Shown here in pieces: positions 1-10,136 of a stretch of 55,971 bases of DNA. Location of the stretch: positions 1-55,971 of the IMG/VR virus record IMGVR_UViG_3300035676_000007. One strand, 5' to 3'. Below the pieces are notes generated by a model. The model ran no database searches, was not told where the DNA came from, and saw only the letters and a list, made by a program, of their open reading frames with translations. Source of the DNA: a virus (Duplodnaviria; Caudoviricetes). Made by a program: the position numbers and the translations under genes. The stretch's first letter is position 1; each line of letters opens with the position of its first letter.

Positions 1-1
1 C

Positions 2-1588
2 GGATCCTGCGAAGCCGTGATCGCCATCAAAGGATCCGACGAGGCCCTCACCGAGGAACAACTCGACGAACTGTTCTGGGGCGACGGATCGGAAGATGTC
101 GAGCTGGAACTGCTGTTCACGGAGTACCAAATCGCCGCTGCGACGTTGGTGCCAATCCCGGCATTCGCGGAATGCCGCCCGTTCGAGTTGCTCGCCGAGG
201 AGACGATCACGGCCGCTGTCCGAAAGACCGGCTGGTCCGACATGCCACTCGCCGAGCGGGATATGGAGTGGGACGGTACGGCTGCCGAGAAGCGGGTCGC
301 GGACAATGCCGGGATCGGTGGCGACAGCCCCGATTGGGGACGCTACGCCGAGGCATTCCTCTACCAGGACGACGCCGCGAACCCGGAAACAAAAGGGGCG
401 TATGGATTCCAGATTGCGGATCTCGTCGACGGAACCAAACGGATCATCCCCCGTGCGGTGTTCGCCGTTGCCGGGGTCCTCCAGGGTGCCCGGGGCGGGA
501 CGACGATCCCCCAGGCCGACCAGGACGCTATGAAGATCGTGGTCGAGGGGTTGTACGACCGGATGGCGGACGAGTTCGACGACGACACGATCGTTGTTCC
601 GTGGGCGGAGGAAACCGCGTCGATCGTCGCCGGTATGGCAGCGTTCGAGGCAAATACGATGATCGACGCGGCTCTGGAAACCAAGGATCTGATCATCACG
701 GTCACAGCCGCTGCCGGTGTCCTCACCACCTACGACCCGGCCCTGTTCACCAACCCGAACCTTGACCGGATCACCCCGATCACGGTCACGGACGACGGCC
801 GGGTGTTCGGGCACATCGCCACTCACGATACGTGCCACGTCGGCATGCCCGGGATGTGCACCACGGCCCCCGTAGACGACGGCGGATACGCGATGTTCCA
901 CCGGTACCAGCCGGACGGGTTTCCTGTTTCGGTCGGTCGGATCACCACCGGCGGTGGAAAGTTCGGGTGCACATGCCGACAGTGCGGGGGCCGGAACGAC
1001 GACCATGCCTGTCTCAAACTGTCGTTGGGTGGCGCGATCGCGCACCACGACCGGCTTTCCACGGTCGCCTGGGTGCGCGCGGGGGAGGACACCCGGCTGA
1101 ACGCCGTGTGGGTGTCCGGGGTAGCGAATCCGGACGCGACGGTCGAGGATCTCGTCTCGTTGTCGCGACGGAAGGTGTCGGGGGACTGGCGTCCGGCCGG
1201 GGGCCGGACGGAGCTCGTAGAGGTCCTAGCCCTGGCGAGGGAGGAACCCGGGTTTCCGCTGCCACGGTTCCGGGTCGCGGCCGGCCAGGTTGCCGCATTG
1301 ACCGCTGCAGGCGTGGTACGACCGTCCGGGGGCGAGGTGTCGGGCGAGGTGTCGGGCGAGGTGACCATAGATTACGAGCGGTTGGCAGACCTTCTTGCCG
1401 GACGTCTCGCCACCCACCTCATACCAATAGCCCAACCGGTCGGAGAGGGTGGATCAACCGTCGCGGACGCTGACACCACGCCACCGACCACGGATGATGA
1501 TGTTGCCGGATTGCTTGGGGAGGTCGACGACGCGGTGAACGCCGGGGTTGCGATCCGTCTCCGGGCCGAACTCGACGAGGTGTTCTGA
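2..1588 (+). CDS. Capsid maturation protease-like head protein, probably 5'-truncated by the window edge
   Basis: Frame open from position 2; GRVFGHIA..TCHVG and VSGDWR motifs recalled from actinophage head proteases; upstream of capsid. Confidence 0.6.
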   Translation, partial: GSCEAVIAIKGSDEALTEEQLDELFWGDGSEDVELELLFTEYQIAAATLVPIPAFAECRPFELLAEETITAAVRKTGWSDMPLAERDMEWDGTAAEKRVADNAGIGGDSPDWGRYAEAFLYQDDAANPETKGAYGFQIADLVDGTKRIIPRAVFAVAGVLQGARGGTTIPQADQDAMKIVVEGLYDRMADEFDDDTIVVPWAEETASIVAGMAAFEANTMIDAALETKDLIITVTAAAGVLTTYDPALFTNPNLDRITPITVTDDGRVFGHIATHDTCHVGMPGMCTTAPVDDGGYAMFHRYQPDGFPVSVGRITTGGGKFGCTCRQCGGRNDDHACLKLSLGGAIAHHDRLSTVAWVRAGEDTRLNAVWVSGVANPDATVEDLVSLSRRKVSGDWRPAGGRTELVEVLALAREEPGFPLPRFRVAAGQVAALTAAGVVRPSGGEVSGEVSGEVTIDYERLADLLAGRLATHLIPIAQPVGEGGSTVADADTTPPTTDDDVAGLLGEVDDAVNAGVAIRLRAELDEVF

Positions 1589-1590
1589 TC

Positions 1591-1767
1591 ATGTGCTGTG
1601 GTAACAGGATAGTCGCTGGCAGTCAGGTAAAAGTCGTTGCGACCACGACGTGGAATGTTTTGGACGCTGACGGCAACGTCGTGTCCACGAAGACATCGGA
1701 GATCGCTGCGAAGCTCGCAGCGTCCCGGATCGGTGGCACCGTCGCGAAGCACACGTCAACGTCGTGA
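1591..1767 (+). CDS. Small 58-aa protein (MCCGNRIV...), absent from the ORF track
   Basis: ATG 2 nt after protease stop; TGA overlaps next GTG (GTGA). Confidence 0.65.
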   Translation: MCCGNRIVAGSQVKVVATTTWNVLDADGNVVSTKTSEIAAKLAASRIGGTVAKHTSTS

Positions 1768-2336
1768 CGGTCCCCGAATCGACCTACACCGGGGCGAGGG
1801 CGTTCTGCCCTCGCCCCGACCTGTGGCACGCCCACGACATCCAGGCGACCGAGGTCGAGGTCACGGAACTCGTCGGGGCGATGGTACGCGCCACCCAGCC
1901 CGAACACGTGTTAGAAACCGGGACCTACCGGGGTCACACGGCGCAGGCGATCGGACGAGCGCTCGCCGTGAACGGCCACGGCCGGCTGTACACCATCGAA
2001 CACGACAAGGCCCTCGCTGGAGATGCCAGACGACGGTGCCTCGGCCTGCCCGTGATCGTCGTCAACGGCGACACCCTGTCGTTCTGTCCGGCGTTTCCGA
2101 TCGATTTCGCCTGGTTCGACTCCGGCGACGAGATCCGAGGGGACGAGTTCCGGCGGTTTCACCGGTTCATGCACGAACGGACCGTGGTTGGATTCCACGA
2201 TGCGGGCCCGCAACACCGGGTGTTCGAACAGGTCGAGGCGCTGGTAGCGGAGGGGCTTCTTGCTAGACCATTGTTGATCCATTCTCCGAGGGGGGTGTGC
2301 TTTGCCAACGTGCTCGGGCATGGGCCGGACCGGTGA
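1764..2336 (+). CDS. Class I SAM-dependent O-methyltransferase (Methyltransf_24-like)
   Basis: VLETGTYRG motif I, IDFAWFDS, VGFHD. Confidence 0.8.
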   Translation: MTVPESTYTGARAFCPRPDLWHAHDIQATEVEVTELVGAMVRATQPEHVLETGTYRGHTAQAIGRALAVNGHGRLYTIEHDKALAGDARRRCLGLPVIVVNGDTLSFCPAFPIDFAWFDSGDEIRGDEFRRFHRFMHERTVVGFHDAGPQHRVFEQVEALVAEGLLARPLLIHSPRGVCFANVLGHGPDR

Positions 2337-3144
2337 CCAGGGCCGGGTGACGGTGTCGATACCGTACTGGGGCTGTCCCCGAACAATTCGGAAAGCCGTG
2401 TATTCGGTCCTCGCACAAACGTACGAAGACCTTCAGCTGGTGGTCGTGAACGACGGGGACAACCCATCCTCGGTATGGGGAATCCTCGACGACATCACCG
2501 ATCCCCGCCTCATCCGGTTCGACCTGCCGAAAAACAGAGGTCGGTACTACGCGGACGCGGTCGTGTTGGGGGCTTGTGATACCACGTGGTTCACGATCCA
2601 CGACGCGGACGACTGGTCGGAGTCGCCGTGGCTCTGTGATCTAGTCGTCCGGGCGGTTGAGGACGACGCGGTAGCGGCGTTCTCCCCGCAGGTGCTGCAC
2701 CACGGGACGCGTACCAAGATTGAGCAGGTTAACCCGCTGTTGTCGACCCGGGTTCGGATACCGCAGTTGACGCAGTTGGCGCACCATGCCGGCCTGTACC
2801 GCACCACGGCGCTCCGGGCCGCCGGTGGCTACCATCCCGCGTACCGGATCGGCTACGACACCATGATCGTGAATCTGGTTCGCATGATCGGCCCGTGCGC
2901 GGTATCACCACAGATCCGATACCACCGGATGTACCGGTTCGGATCGTTGACCACATCCCGACAGACCGGATTCGGAAGCTCCGCGAGGGCCGCTGTCAAG
3001 CGCCAGCTGCAGGACCTCTATCAGGACGCGATCAACACCCCGCCGGAAATGATCGCGGACATGGTCCGGGCGACTATCCCCCCACCCCTCGGCGAGCAAC
3101 TCGAACGGGACACGAAACGACTCCGGGAGATGATCAACCAATGA
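2320..3144 (+). CDS. Glycosyltransferase family 2
   Basis: VSIPYW, SVLAQT, VVVNDG, HDADD DxD motif; start uncertain (2320 or 2347). Confidence 0.9.
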   Translation: MGRTGDQGRVTVSIPYWGCPRTIRKAVYSVLAQTYEDLQLVVVNDGDNPSSVWGILDDITDPRLIRFDLPKNRGRYYADAVVLGACDTTWFTIHDADDWSESPWLCDLVVRAVEDDAVAAFSPQVLHHGTRTKIEQVNPLLSTRVRIPQLTQLAHHAGLYRTTALRAAGGYHPAYRIGYDTMIVNLVRMIGPCAVSPQIRYHRMYRFGSLTTSRQTGFGSSARAAVKRQLQDLYQDAINTPPEMIADMVRATIPPPLGEQLERDTKRLREMINQ

Positions 3145-5093
3145 TCGTGGACAGCGTCGCGGAAACCTCCGTGTGGGGCGGTTGGGCACTGGACCGGACA
3201 ACCGCCCTGGAACTCGCTGCGTTCTACCGTCGTACCCAACCCCGGAAGATCATCGAAGCTGGATCCGGCTACTCGACGATCGTTGCCGGGGAATACGCGC
3301 GGGACACCGGGGCGATCGTCATCTCTCTCGAACACGATCGGGCGTACGCCACGAGCACCTACGGACTTCTCAACAATCGTGGCCTCGGCCGGTACGTCGC
3401 TATCCACCACGCACCCATCGTCGACATCCCAACCCCCACCGGACCAGCCCCCTGGTACGGATGGGGTGGTTCGGATCTTCCCCACGATGTTGACTTCGCC
3501 CTCGTCGACGGACCACCCGGCCGGATCGGCCGGCGTGGCGCGATGTATGGACTCCTCCCGCACCTCAACCCGACCGGCTGGGAGGTATGGCTCGACGACG
3601 CGGACCGGGACGGAGAACACTCCGCGCTCGGTGAGTGGCGCATGAAACTCGGAGTCGACGTCCGGCACGTGCCGCTGCCCCGAGGGCTGGCTGTTATCCG
3701 GCCGGAACCCCGACGGAGGATCTACGCCGATGATCTTGTGATCACGATCCTGACCGGGCGTCGCCCACGGCACCTCATTGACACGATCCAGTCACTGGAG
3801 GACGCAGCCCCCGGCCTCCTCGACTCGGCACACGTGATCGTCTGTCACAACGGCGGTGACGTGGAAACCCGGGACGTGCTGTCGGCGATGCCTTTCGTCG
3901 AGGAATACCTGCCGGTAGGTGGTCCGCATATGCTCCCCCTCGGGGAAGCGATGGGAATCCTTGCCGAGCGGGTCGCTCGGTTCAGTCGGACCGCTACCGC
4001 CCATTACATGTGGTTACACCTTGAGGACGATTGGAAGGCCGCCACCACAGCCGACGTCGGCTGGTGGTTGGGTGAGGCTCGCCGGATTCTCACCCAACAT
4101 CCCAACGTAGGGCAGGTGCGGCTACGGCACCGGGGCGAACCGACCCACCAACGAAACATCAGAACCGGTGCTCCAATCACCTGGGTGCCGTTGGACGAGC
4201 ACGTGTTGACGTCGAACACCGCGCACTACACCTGCAATCCGGCGATCATGCGGGTCGGCAACGTCGGTTTGGCGTGGCCAGCGGACGGAGAGAACGCGGC
4301 GATCGACCGGTATGCCCAGTCGGGGCGTACGGTCGCTCAGTTGTCCCCCGGGGTTTTTCACCACACCGGGGGAAATCAGTCGTTGGAGGGTCATCCGGCA
4401 CCGGTACCGGCCCGGCCCTCGTTGAGGAGGAAGAGACGACCCATGGCTACCCAGGCGCCTGGCACCCCGGCGACCCCAAGGGGGTTGAAGTCTTACACCT
4501 CGTTCTACGAGGCCGGGGGGTGGGCGTACGACATAGGTGTTGAGACAACCGTGATGCGCATGATCGCCCACATGGCCGGATGGAACCCGGGGGACGTGGT
4601 CCACGAGATCGGGGCGGGTCGGGGGGACCACGCCGGTATCCTCGCCGGACTGGGGTATCGGGTCACGGCCGTGGAGTGGGCGAAAAGTGGAACCAGGGCG
4701 ACGCGGGAGCGGTTCCCGGAGGTCGAGGCGGTGAACGCCGACGTCGCCGAGTGGACACCACCGGTGCGGGGTCACATCTTCGCCCGTGGCATGTCGTGGT
4801 TCCACTGGGAACTTGATCGGATCAATATCAGTGGGGTTGATGTTCCGGCCGCGACGCGGGCCTTGGTTGGTCGTGCGCTGGATCCGGGCGGGTCGTTCGT
4901 GTTGCAGATCTGGTCTGACCTGTCGGGGCGGAGGTCTGAGGACAAGGTCCACGACAACACCCTCGGCGACTACCATGGTCTATTTGATCCGATATTCACG
5001 AATGTCCTGATCTATGACTGGTCGGGGCGTCCCATCAATCCCGGGGTCCGACACGACCGGGGCGTGATCGTCATCGGTCGGGGTGTGCGATGA
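3141..5093 (+). CDS. Methyltransferase-glycosyltransferase-methyltransferase fusion
   Basis: IIEAGSGYST and LVDGPP (MTase); ITILTGRR..WLHLEDDW (GT-A fold); VHEIGAGRG (second MTase); ATGA overlap with upstream gene. Confidence 0.75.
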   Translation: MIVDSVAETSVWGGWALDRTTALELAAFYRRTQPRKIIEAGSGYSTIVAGEYARDTGAIVISLEHDRAYATSTYGLLNNRGLGRYVAIHHAPIVDIPTPTGPAPWYGWGGSDLPHDVDFALVDGPPGRIGRRGAMYGLLPHLNPTGWEVWLDDADRDGEHSALGEWRMKLGVDVRHVPLPRGLAVIRPEPRRRIYADDLVITILTGRRPRHLIDTIQSLEDAAPGLLDSAHVIVCHNGGDVETRDVLSAMPFVEEYLPVGGPHMLPLGEAMGILAERVARFSRTATAHYMWLHLEDDWKAATTADVGWWLGEARRILTQHPNVGQVRLRHRGEPTHQRNIRTGAPITWVPLDEHVLTSNTAHYTCNPAIMRVGNVGLAWPADGENAAIDRYAQSGRTVAQLSPGVFHHTGGNQSLEGHPAPVPARPSLRRKRRPMATQAPGTPATPRGLKSYTSFYEAGGWAYDIGVETTVMRMIAHMAGWNPGDVVHEIGAGRGDHAGILAGLGYRVTAVEWAKSGTRATRERFPEVEAVNADVAEWTPPVRGHIFARGMSWFHWELDRINISGVDVPAATRALVGRALDPGGSFVLQIWSDLSGRRSEDKVHDNTLGDYHGLFDPIFTNVLIYDWSGRPINPGVRHDRGVIVIGRGVR

Positions 5094-5281
5094 ACCGGAT
5101 CCTCGCGGCCCTGAACCGTGTCCTACGCCCCATCGGGGTGATGCTGGTACCGAGGCCACCATCCGCGAAGATGATCCACGAACACGCGAACGTGTCTGAG
5201 TGTCACCACCCGGCCCGGGGTGGTCGAACCGTCGTGTGGATGCGAACCGTCGCGAACCTCATGGGGACGGACCGGCGATGA
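5090..5281 (+). CDS. Hypothetical protein
   Basis: ATGA overlaps at both ends. Confidence 0.5.
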   Translation: MNRILAALNRVLRPIGVMLVPRPPSAKMIHEHANVSECHHPARGGRTVVWMRTVANLMGTDRR

Positions 5282-5481
5282 TGCTTCCACCAACCCAAGA
5301 CCAGATGGATATGGGAGCCGTCGACCTGGAATACGTCCGGGGAAACATCGACGTCGCGTCGGTCACCGTGTTCGCCCTCGTTCGGTACATGACGGCCCAC
5401 GGGATCCCCATGGATGCCCGGATCACGGCCGGCATCTACCATGACCGGCCGTTCCTGCAACTCGTCTGGGAGGCGTCGTGA
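5278..5481 (+). CDS. Hypothetical protein
   Basis: Start/stop overlaps with both neighbours. Confidence 0.55.
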   Translation: MMLPPTQDQMDMGAVDLEYVRGNIDVASVTVFALVRYMTAHGIPMDARITAGIYHDRPFLQLVWEAS

Positions 5482-6251
5482 CCGTGTGGGTGGTAATTCC
5501 GTGGCGTGCCGGGTGCGAGCACCGGCAGCGCGCGCTCGACTACGTGACCAGGTGGTGGTCGAACGCCTACCCGGATTGGCCGGTTGTGGTCGGCGAGTGG
5601 CCGGTGGAGGCCGGCCCGTGGCGGAAGGGCTGCGCGGTCCGGGCCGCTGGTATCCACCCCGAACCAGATGACCTAGTCGTGGTATCGGACGCGGACGTCA
5701 TCCCGATCGGGGTCGGGGAAGCCGTTGAAGCGATAGAGCCAACCGATTTGATCCGTCCATCGGCCCGGTGGGCGATGCCATTCCGTACCGTGCACCGATT
5801 GACGGTGGAGGGTACCCGGTTGGCGATCGGGGGTCACCTCGACCTCACCCAGCCGATAGCCCGGAACATGCGCGGGGTGGTCGAAGAGACCTACGTCGGG
5901 TCAGCCGGTGGTGGGGTCGTCGTGATGCGGGGAGATGTGTTCGCCACGATCCCGATCGATCCGAGGTTCGTCGGATACGGTCAGGAGGACCTGTCATGGT
6001 CCCTCGCCCTTCACCTGCTGGCAGGTGCACCAGCAATGCGGATGGCCCCGTTGTGGCACCTGTGGCATCCACCCCAGGAGCGCATGCGAAGAGGGTCGAC
6101 GGTGTCCCGTGGTGTCGGATCGGAGGCCGGACTGCGGTTGTGGCATCGGTACCGGCAGGCGACCACGCCGGCCGTGATGCGATCGTTGGTGGCCGAGGCC
6201 GAGGTGAAGTACGTCAAGTTGATGGGAGATTCCGGTGTTGGTACGCGTTGA
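5478..6251 (+). CDS. Glycosyltransferase (GT2/GT7-like)
   Basis: VVIPWR, SDADV DxD motif, DPRFVGYGQED resembling the GT7 C-terminal GWGxED, LWHLWH. Confidence 0.8.
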   Translation: MTVWVVIPWRAGCEHRQRALDYVTRWWSNAYPDWPVVVGEWPVEAGPWRKGCAVRAAGIHPEPDDLVVVSDADVIPIGVGEAVEAIEPTDLIRPSARWAMPFRTVHRLTVEGTRLAIGGHLDLTQPIARNMRGVVEETYVGSAGGGVVVMRGDVFATIPIDPRFVGYGQEDLSWSLALHLLAGAPAMRMAPLWHLWHPPQERMRRGSTVSRGVGSEAGLRLWHRYRQATTPAVMRSLVAEAEVKYVKLMGDSGVGTR

Positions 6252-6489
6252 GGTCGAGTTCGGCAACGAGACGATGGAGATCACCCAGGAGGATCGGTTG
6301 GCGTACGCGTCGTCGAATCGGGCCGGTGGTGCGGTGCTGCTCCTGGGTCGCGCCGTTGGACAGATCATCGCGGCGCTGGGGGCCGGGTCAGATGTTCCCC
6401 TCAACGCGTTGATCGATGAGTTCTCCGGAGCCGTGGTCCGGTCGGCGCGGCCGGCATCCCATGCCTGTGATGAAGTTGGTTGTTGCTGA
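6235..6489 (+). CDS. Hypothetical protein
   Basis: Overlaps upstream stop; GGGAG RBS. Confidence 0.5.
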   Translation: MLVRVEVEFGNETMEITQEDRLAYASSNRAGGAVLLLGRAVGQIIAALGAGSDVPLNALIDEFSGAVVRSARPASHACDEVGCC

Positions 6490-6492
6490 CCG

Positions 6493-7548
6493 TCATGACC
6501 CGTCCGAAGTCAGGGTTGTGCGACGTGCCGCGCGTGCCCGTTGGAGTGCCGGGATCTGTGAGAACAGGTCCCGTGCCTGCTTCGGGGCGGTTGTTGCCTG
6601 GGGGATCGTCGTCTCGGCCGGTTCCGCTTCCCGGCGTTCCCCGGCACAGCATGCGCAGGACCGCGCTGGGTGCCCTGGGTGGCGTCCGCATTCGGTAGTG
6701 GTGTCCTTTGGTGGTGCCGGGACGAAAACCGCGCCAGGAGTCCACCAGGGGCCATGGGCGATGATGCGTTGGGGACCGGCCGTGGTCGGTCCCCACGTTT
6801 TGCCCTCGGCGAGTTCGACGATGACCCGGTGGGCGACCGGGGCGGGTAGTCCGTTGGCGATGGCCTGGTGGAGGGCGGCCCGGATGGCGACCGGTCGCCA
6901 CGTCGGCTGGTGGGCGATCGCGGCTGTGATCGCGGTGTCTTCGTCGGTTGTGGTTTCCTCCCCCCCCGGTACGGGGCCAGCCTCGATGGCGGGTTCCGGT
7001 TGGGTGGGGGGTAGGGGGGAGGTACTTCTGGTACTTCTTGAAAAACTTCCTTCTTTGGGCGACGTGTTGTTAGGCCCTAAGGATCCGTCGGTGGTGTCAC
7101 CTGCGGAAACGTGGTTTTTTGGCTGGTCGTCGCCATTGACGGCTTCACCGCCGACGGTGGTTCCGTCGATGGTGGGGATGACGTCCGTGAACGGGTCGTA
7201 GCCCTCGGGGCGGGCCTTCATGAAAACGCGCCACTCCCACCGGAACCGGCCGGCCCCCATGTTGATTCGGCGCTTGTAGAGGTACCGCTTGGCGTGGAGG
7301 CCCTTGAGGATCGAGGAGATCTTGTCGCGTCCGAGTTCGGGGGCGAGGTCGTTGATGCCGGCCCGGGACGTGTTCCATTGCCGGCCGGTTCCGGGGCGGA
7401 GGGTGAGGAGAGCGGATAGCATGCCACGTTCGTGGAGGGTGAGGCCGGCGTATTCGCCTTCGCCACGGTGGAGGGAGTTCGGCGAGATCAGGAAGTGGTC
7501 GGAGAGGGATTCGACGCTGATGCCTATCTCGATGTCGGACGTCGCCAT
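6493..7548 (-). CDS. Phage replication initiator-like protein (N-terminal wHTH, iteron-like linker, C-terminal Cys/His motif)
   Basis: LTLHERGMLSALL..GRDKISSILKGL..YL pattern; low-complexity linker; CGRHPGHPARSCACC; AAAGGA RBS. Confidence 0.65.
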   Translation of the reverse strand: MATSDIEIGISVESLSDHFLISPNSLHRGEGEYAGLTLHERGMLSALLTLRPGTGRQWNTSRAGINDLAPELGRDKISSILKGLHAKRYLYKRRINMGAGRFRWEWRVFMKARPEGYDPFTDVIPTIDGTTVGGEAVNGDDQPKNHVSAGDTTDGSLGPNNTSPKEGSFSRSTRSTSPLPPTQPEPAIEAGPVPGGEETTTDEDTAITAAIAHQPTWRPVAIRAALHQAIANGLPAPVAHRVIVELAEGKTWGPTTAGPQRIIAHGPWWTPGAVFVPAPPKDTTTECGRHPGHPARSCACCAGERREAEPAETTIPQATTAPKQARDLFSQIPALQRARAARRTTLTSDGS

Positions 7549-7772
7549 GATCAGGTTCCTTTGTGTTCATGGAACCGAACAATGTACGATCCGGGTGCGT
7601 GTTGCGGACCTACGTGGTTCGATTCCGGCCCGTTCCCGGTTCCTTCCGGGGACGGGTCTTATTGTTGACCTCTACCGGTTTGCTGGTCGCGGTGGGTATG
7701 ATGGTTGTGGTGAGTGTTTCGCGGCGCCCATACCGCCTCTGCGTCGGCGGTTCGTGTGTTGACGAGGAAGCG

Positions 7773-8117
7773 TCACCCTGAGGGTTCTACGGCCTGGGGG
7801 GTGGCGCTTTCGTCGTTGGTGGCACGGATTCGGGCACGGGCCTTCCGTATCCGAAGGGCGAAGTGGGGAAGGTTCATTCCGAGGTGTTCCCCGATCCGGG
7901 ACTGGGTACCTCGTCCACCGGCCGCGTCGATGATGGCAAGGATTCGCTCGTCGCGGCGGTCAGCTGCGATTTCGATCATCTTCTTGTAGGCGGCTTGTGC
8001 CGCTGCCATGGCGGATCGTGCCTTTTCTCGGGCCGTGTCGTATTCGGCCATGATGGCGCCGAGTTCGGTGATCTCCGCGTCGTCGAGGCTGCGTCGGTTT
8101 GGGACGTGGTGTGCCAT
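7773..8117 (-). CDS. Coiled-coil plus HTH-like small DNA-binding protein
   Basis: Ala-rich helix then TQSRIGEHLGMN; -10-like box just upstream of ATG. Confidence 0.5.
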   Translation of the reverse strand: MAHHVPNRRSLDDAEITELGAIMAEYDTAREKARSAMAAAQAAYKKMIEIAADRRDERILAIIDAAGGRGTQSRIGEHLGMNLPHFALRIRKARARIRATNDESATPQAVEPSG

Positions 8118-8236
8118 GCCCACAGATTATGTCGTTTGATCGTGGGACACAACTTCGTTTTGGTCTATATGACAACTCACGGAGTGTGGTGGCCAACCTT
8201 CAAGATCGTGATACCTTTCCAGTAGAGGTCAACTCC

Positions 8237-8310
8237 CCGGTGCCGCTACGGTCCGGCCGGGTACGAGCGACCCCATCGACACGCACCGGTGCCGCTACGG
8301 TCCGGCCGGG
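8237..8310 (+). repeat. Two identical 25-bp direct repeats upstream of the capsid gene
   Basis: CCGGTGCCGCTACGGTCCGGCCGGG at 8237-8261 and 8286-8310. Confidence 0.9.
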
Positions 8311-8334
8311 CGTTCTCTCCCACTGCGAAGGCAG

Positions 8335-10098
8335 ATGATCATGGGATACGAGTTTCCGTTCCCCGTTCCGGCGGATCTCTCCGCCGCGACCGACGACGAA
8401 CTCACCACGCTCCTGTCCACCGTCCGCGACCACGCTGGAACGTTCGCCGGGATCACCCCGAACCGCGACGTCATCGACGCCCTCACCGCGTGCCGTGACC
8501 TCGCCCGGACCGTAACCGAAACCCTGTCCGTCCGGGCCGAGGCTCGGGCGCTCGCAGCCGACATCGACACCACCACCACCCCGACCCCAGCCCCGGCCGT
8601 GGTCGACGACCCCGACACCGACCCCGACGACAGCGACGAGGCCCCAGTCACGGCAGCGGCCAAGACCCGGAACCCCTCCGTCCGGGACGTCGCGGCCCGG
8701 CGTACCGGAACTCCGGCCCTCCCCGACAACACCATCCGCTCCACCGTCACGATGTACGCGGCAGCGGACGTCCCCGGCCGGTTCTCCACCGGGCAGGAAC
8801 TCGACGGGTTCGGCGACGCGGTCAAGGCCCTGTCCTACCAGGTCGACCGGTACCCCCGTGCCCGGGACGCCGGTGCCTCGATCGTCCGGAAAGGCGTCGA
8901 CCTCAGCACGATGGTCATCGCCGACGACGGTACGGCCCGGTTCGAGATGAGGACGTTCACCCGGCATGGCGGAGTCGAGTTCCGTCGCCAGTTCCCGAAG
9001 GAACTTCGTGTTCCGGAGGGTGCCGACGGGTACGCGATCGCCCAGTTCGCGGGATCGGAACGCCGGCTTCCCGGTGGTTCCCTCGTCGAGTCGTTCCGGC
9101 AGCAGGTGAAGGCCGGCCGGCCCATCACAGCCGCTGCCGGATGGTGCGCGCCCTCCACCCCGCTCTACGACCTGTGCGAACTGTCGTCCCTCGATGGCAT
9201 CCTCGACCTCCCGGAGCTTCAGACCGAGCGGGGTGGGTGGCAGATTCCGACCGGAGGCGGTCCCAACTTCGCCACCGTGTGGTCCGGGATCGGCAACTCC
9301 GGGACGACGCACCTCACCGAGGCCCAGGTGATCGCCGAGTCCCCGTCGAAGTATTGCTTCGACATCCCGTGTCCGGGGTTCACCGACGTTCGTCTCGGCG
9401 TCGACTACTTCTGTCTCACCGGTTCCCTGTTGCAACGCCGGGGTTACCCCGAGGTGGTTCAGTGGTTCAGCAACCAGGCGATAATCGCCCTCTCGCACAA
9501 GATCAATATGGGGGTGATCGCGGCGATCGTCGCCGCGTCCGGAGCAGCAACCGTCATCCCGTCGGATCCAACCTGCGATGACGCGATCAGCGGCCTGCTG
9601 TCCGCCGTCGACCTCGCCATCGCCGACGCGAAGTACCGCAACCGGATGACGTTCAACGGAACCCTCGAAGTCGTCCTCCCGATGTGGGTCCTCGTCCAGC
9701 TTCGCGCCGCTGGAACCCGCCGGTCCGGGGTGGACATGGTAGGAATCACCGACGCGCAGATTGTCGAGTGGTTCACGATCCGGAAAGCCGTGCCGAGGTT
9801 TGTTTACGACTGGCAGGACGCGTTCTCGGGCCTCGCCACCGGCCCCGGTGGTGCGGTTCCGCTCACCGGGCTTCCCATCACGGCAAACATCCTGATCTAC
9901 CCGGCTGGGACGTGGGTCAAGGCGGTACAACCCGTCGTGTCCCTGGACACGGTGTACGACTCGACGAAACTCATCACGAACGAGTACACCGCGATGTTCG
10001 TGGAGGACGGATGGGCCGCTCTCCAGATGTGTCCCCTGTCGCGCCTGTACACCGCTCCGGTCGACCCCGGGTGCCTGTGCGTATGCGAACACTCCTGA
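8335..10098 (+). CDS. Major capsid protein with N-terminal scaffold-like extension
   Basis: AAAGWCAPS..YDLC and LDLPE motifs recalled from actinophage capsids; 587 aa; synteny. Confidence 0.85.
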   Translation: MIMGYEFPFPVPADLSAATDDELTTLLSTVRDHAGTFAGITPNRDVIDALTACRDLARTVTETLSVRAEARALAADIDTTTTPTPAPAVVDDPDTDPDDSDEAPVTAAAKTRNPSVRDVAARRTGTPALPDNTIRSTVTMYAAADVPGRFSTGQELDGFGDAVKALSYQVDRYPRARDAGASIVRKGVDLSTMVIADDGTARFEMRTFTRHGGVEFRRQFPKELRVPEGADGYAIAQFAGSERRLPGGSLVESFRQQVKAGRPITAAAGWCAPSTPLYDLCELSSLDGILDLPELQTERGGWQIPTGGGPNFATVWSGIGNSGTTHLTEAQVIAESPSKYCFDIPCPGFTDVRLGVDYFCLTGSLLQRRGYPEVVQWFSNQAIIALSHKINMGVIAAIVAASGAATVIPSDPTCDDAISGLLSAVDLAIADAKYRNRMTFNGTLEVVLPMWVLVQLRAAGTRRSGVDMVGITDAQIVEWFTIRKAVPRFVYDWQDAFSGLATGPGGAVPLTGLPITANILIYPAGTWVKAVQPVVSLDTVYDSTKLITNEYTAMFVEDGWAALQMCPLSRLYTAPVDPGCLCVCEHS

Positions 10099-10136
10099 CG
10101 GTTGACCCCGGTCGACGCGAAGGGAGGTGAGCGACC

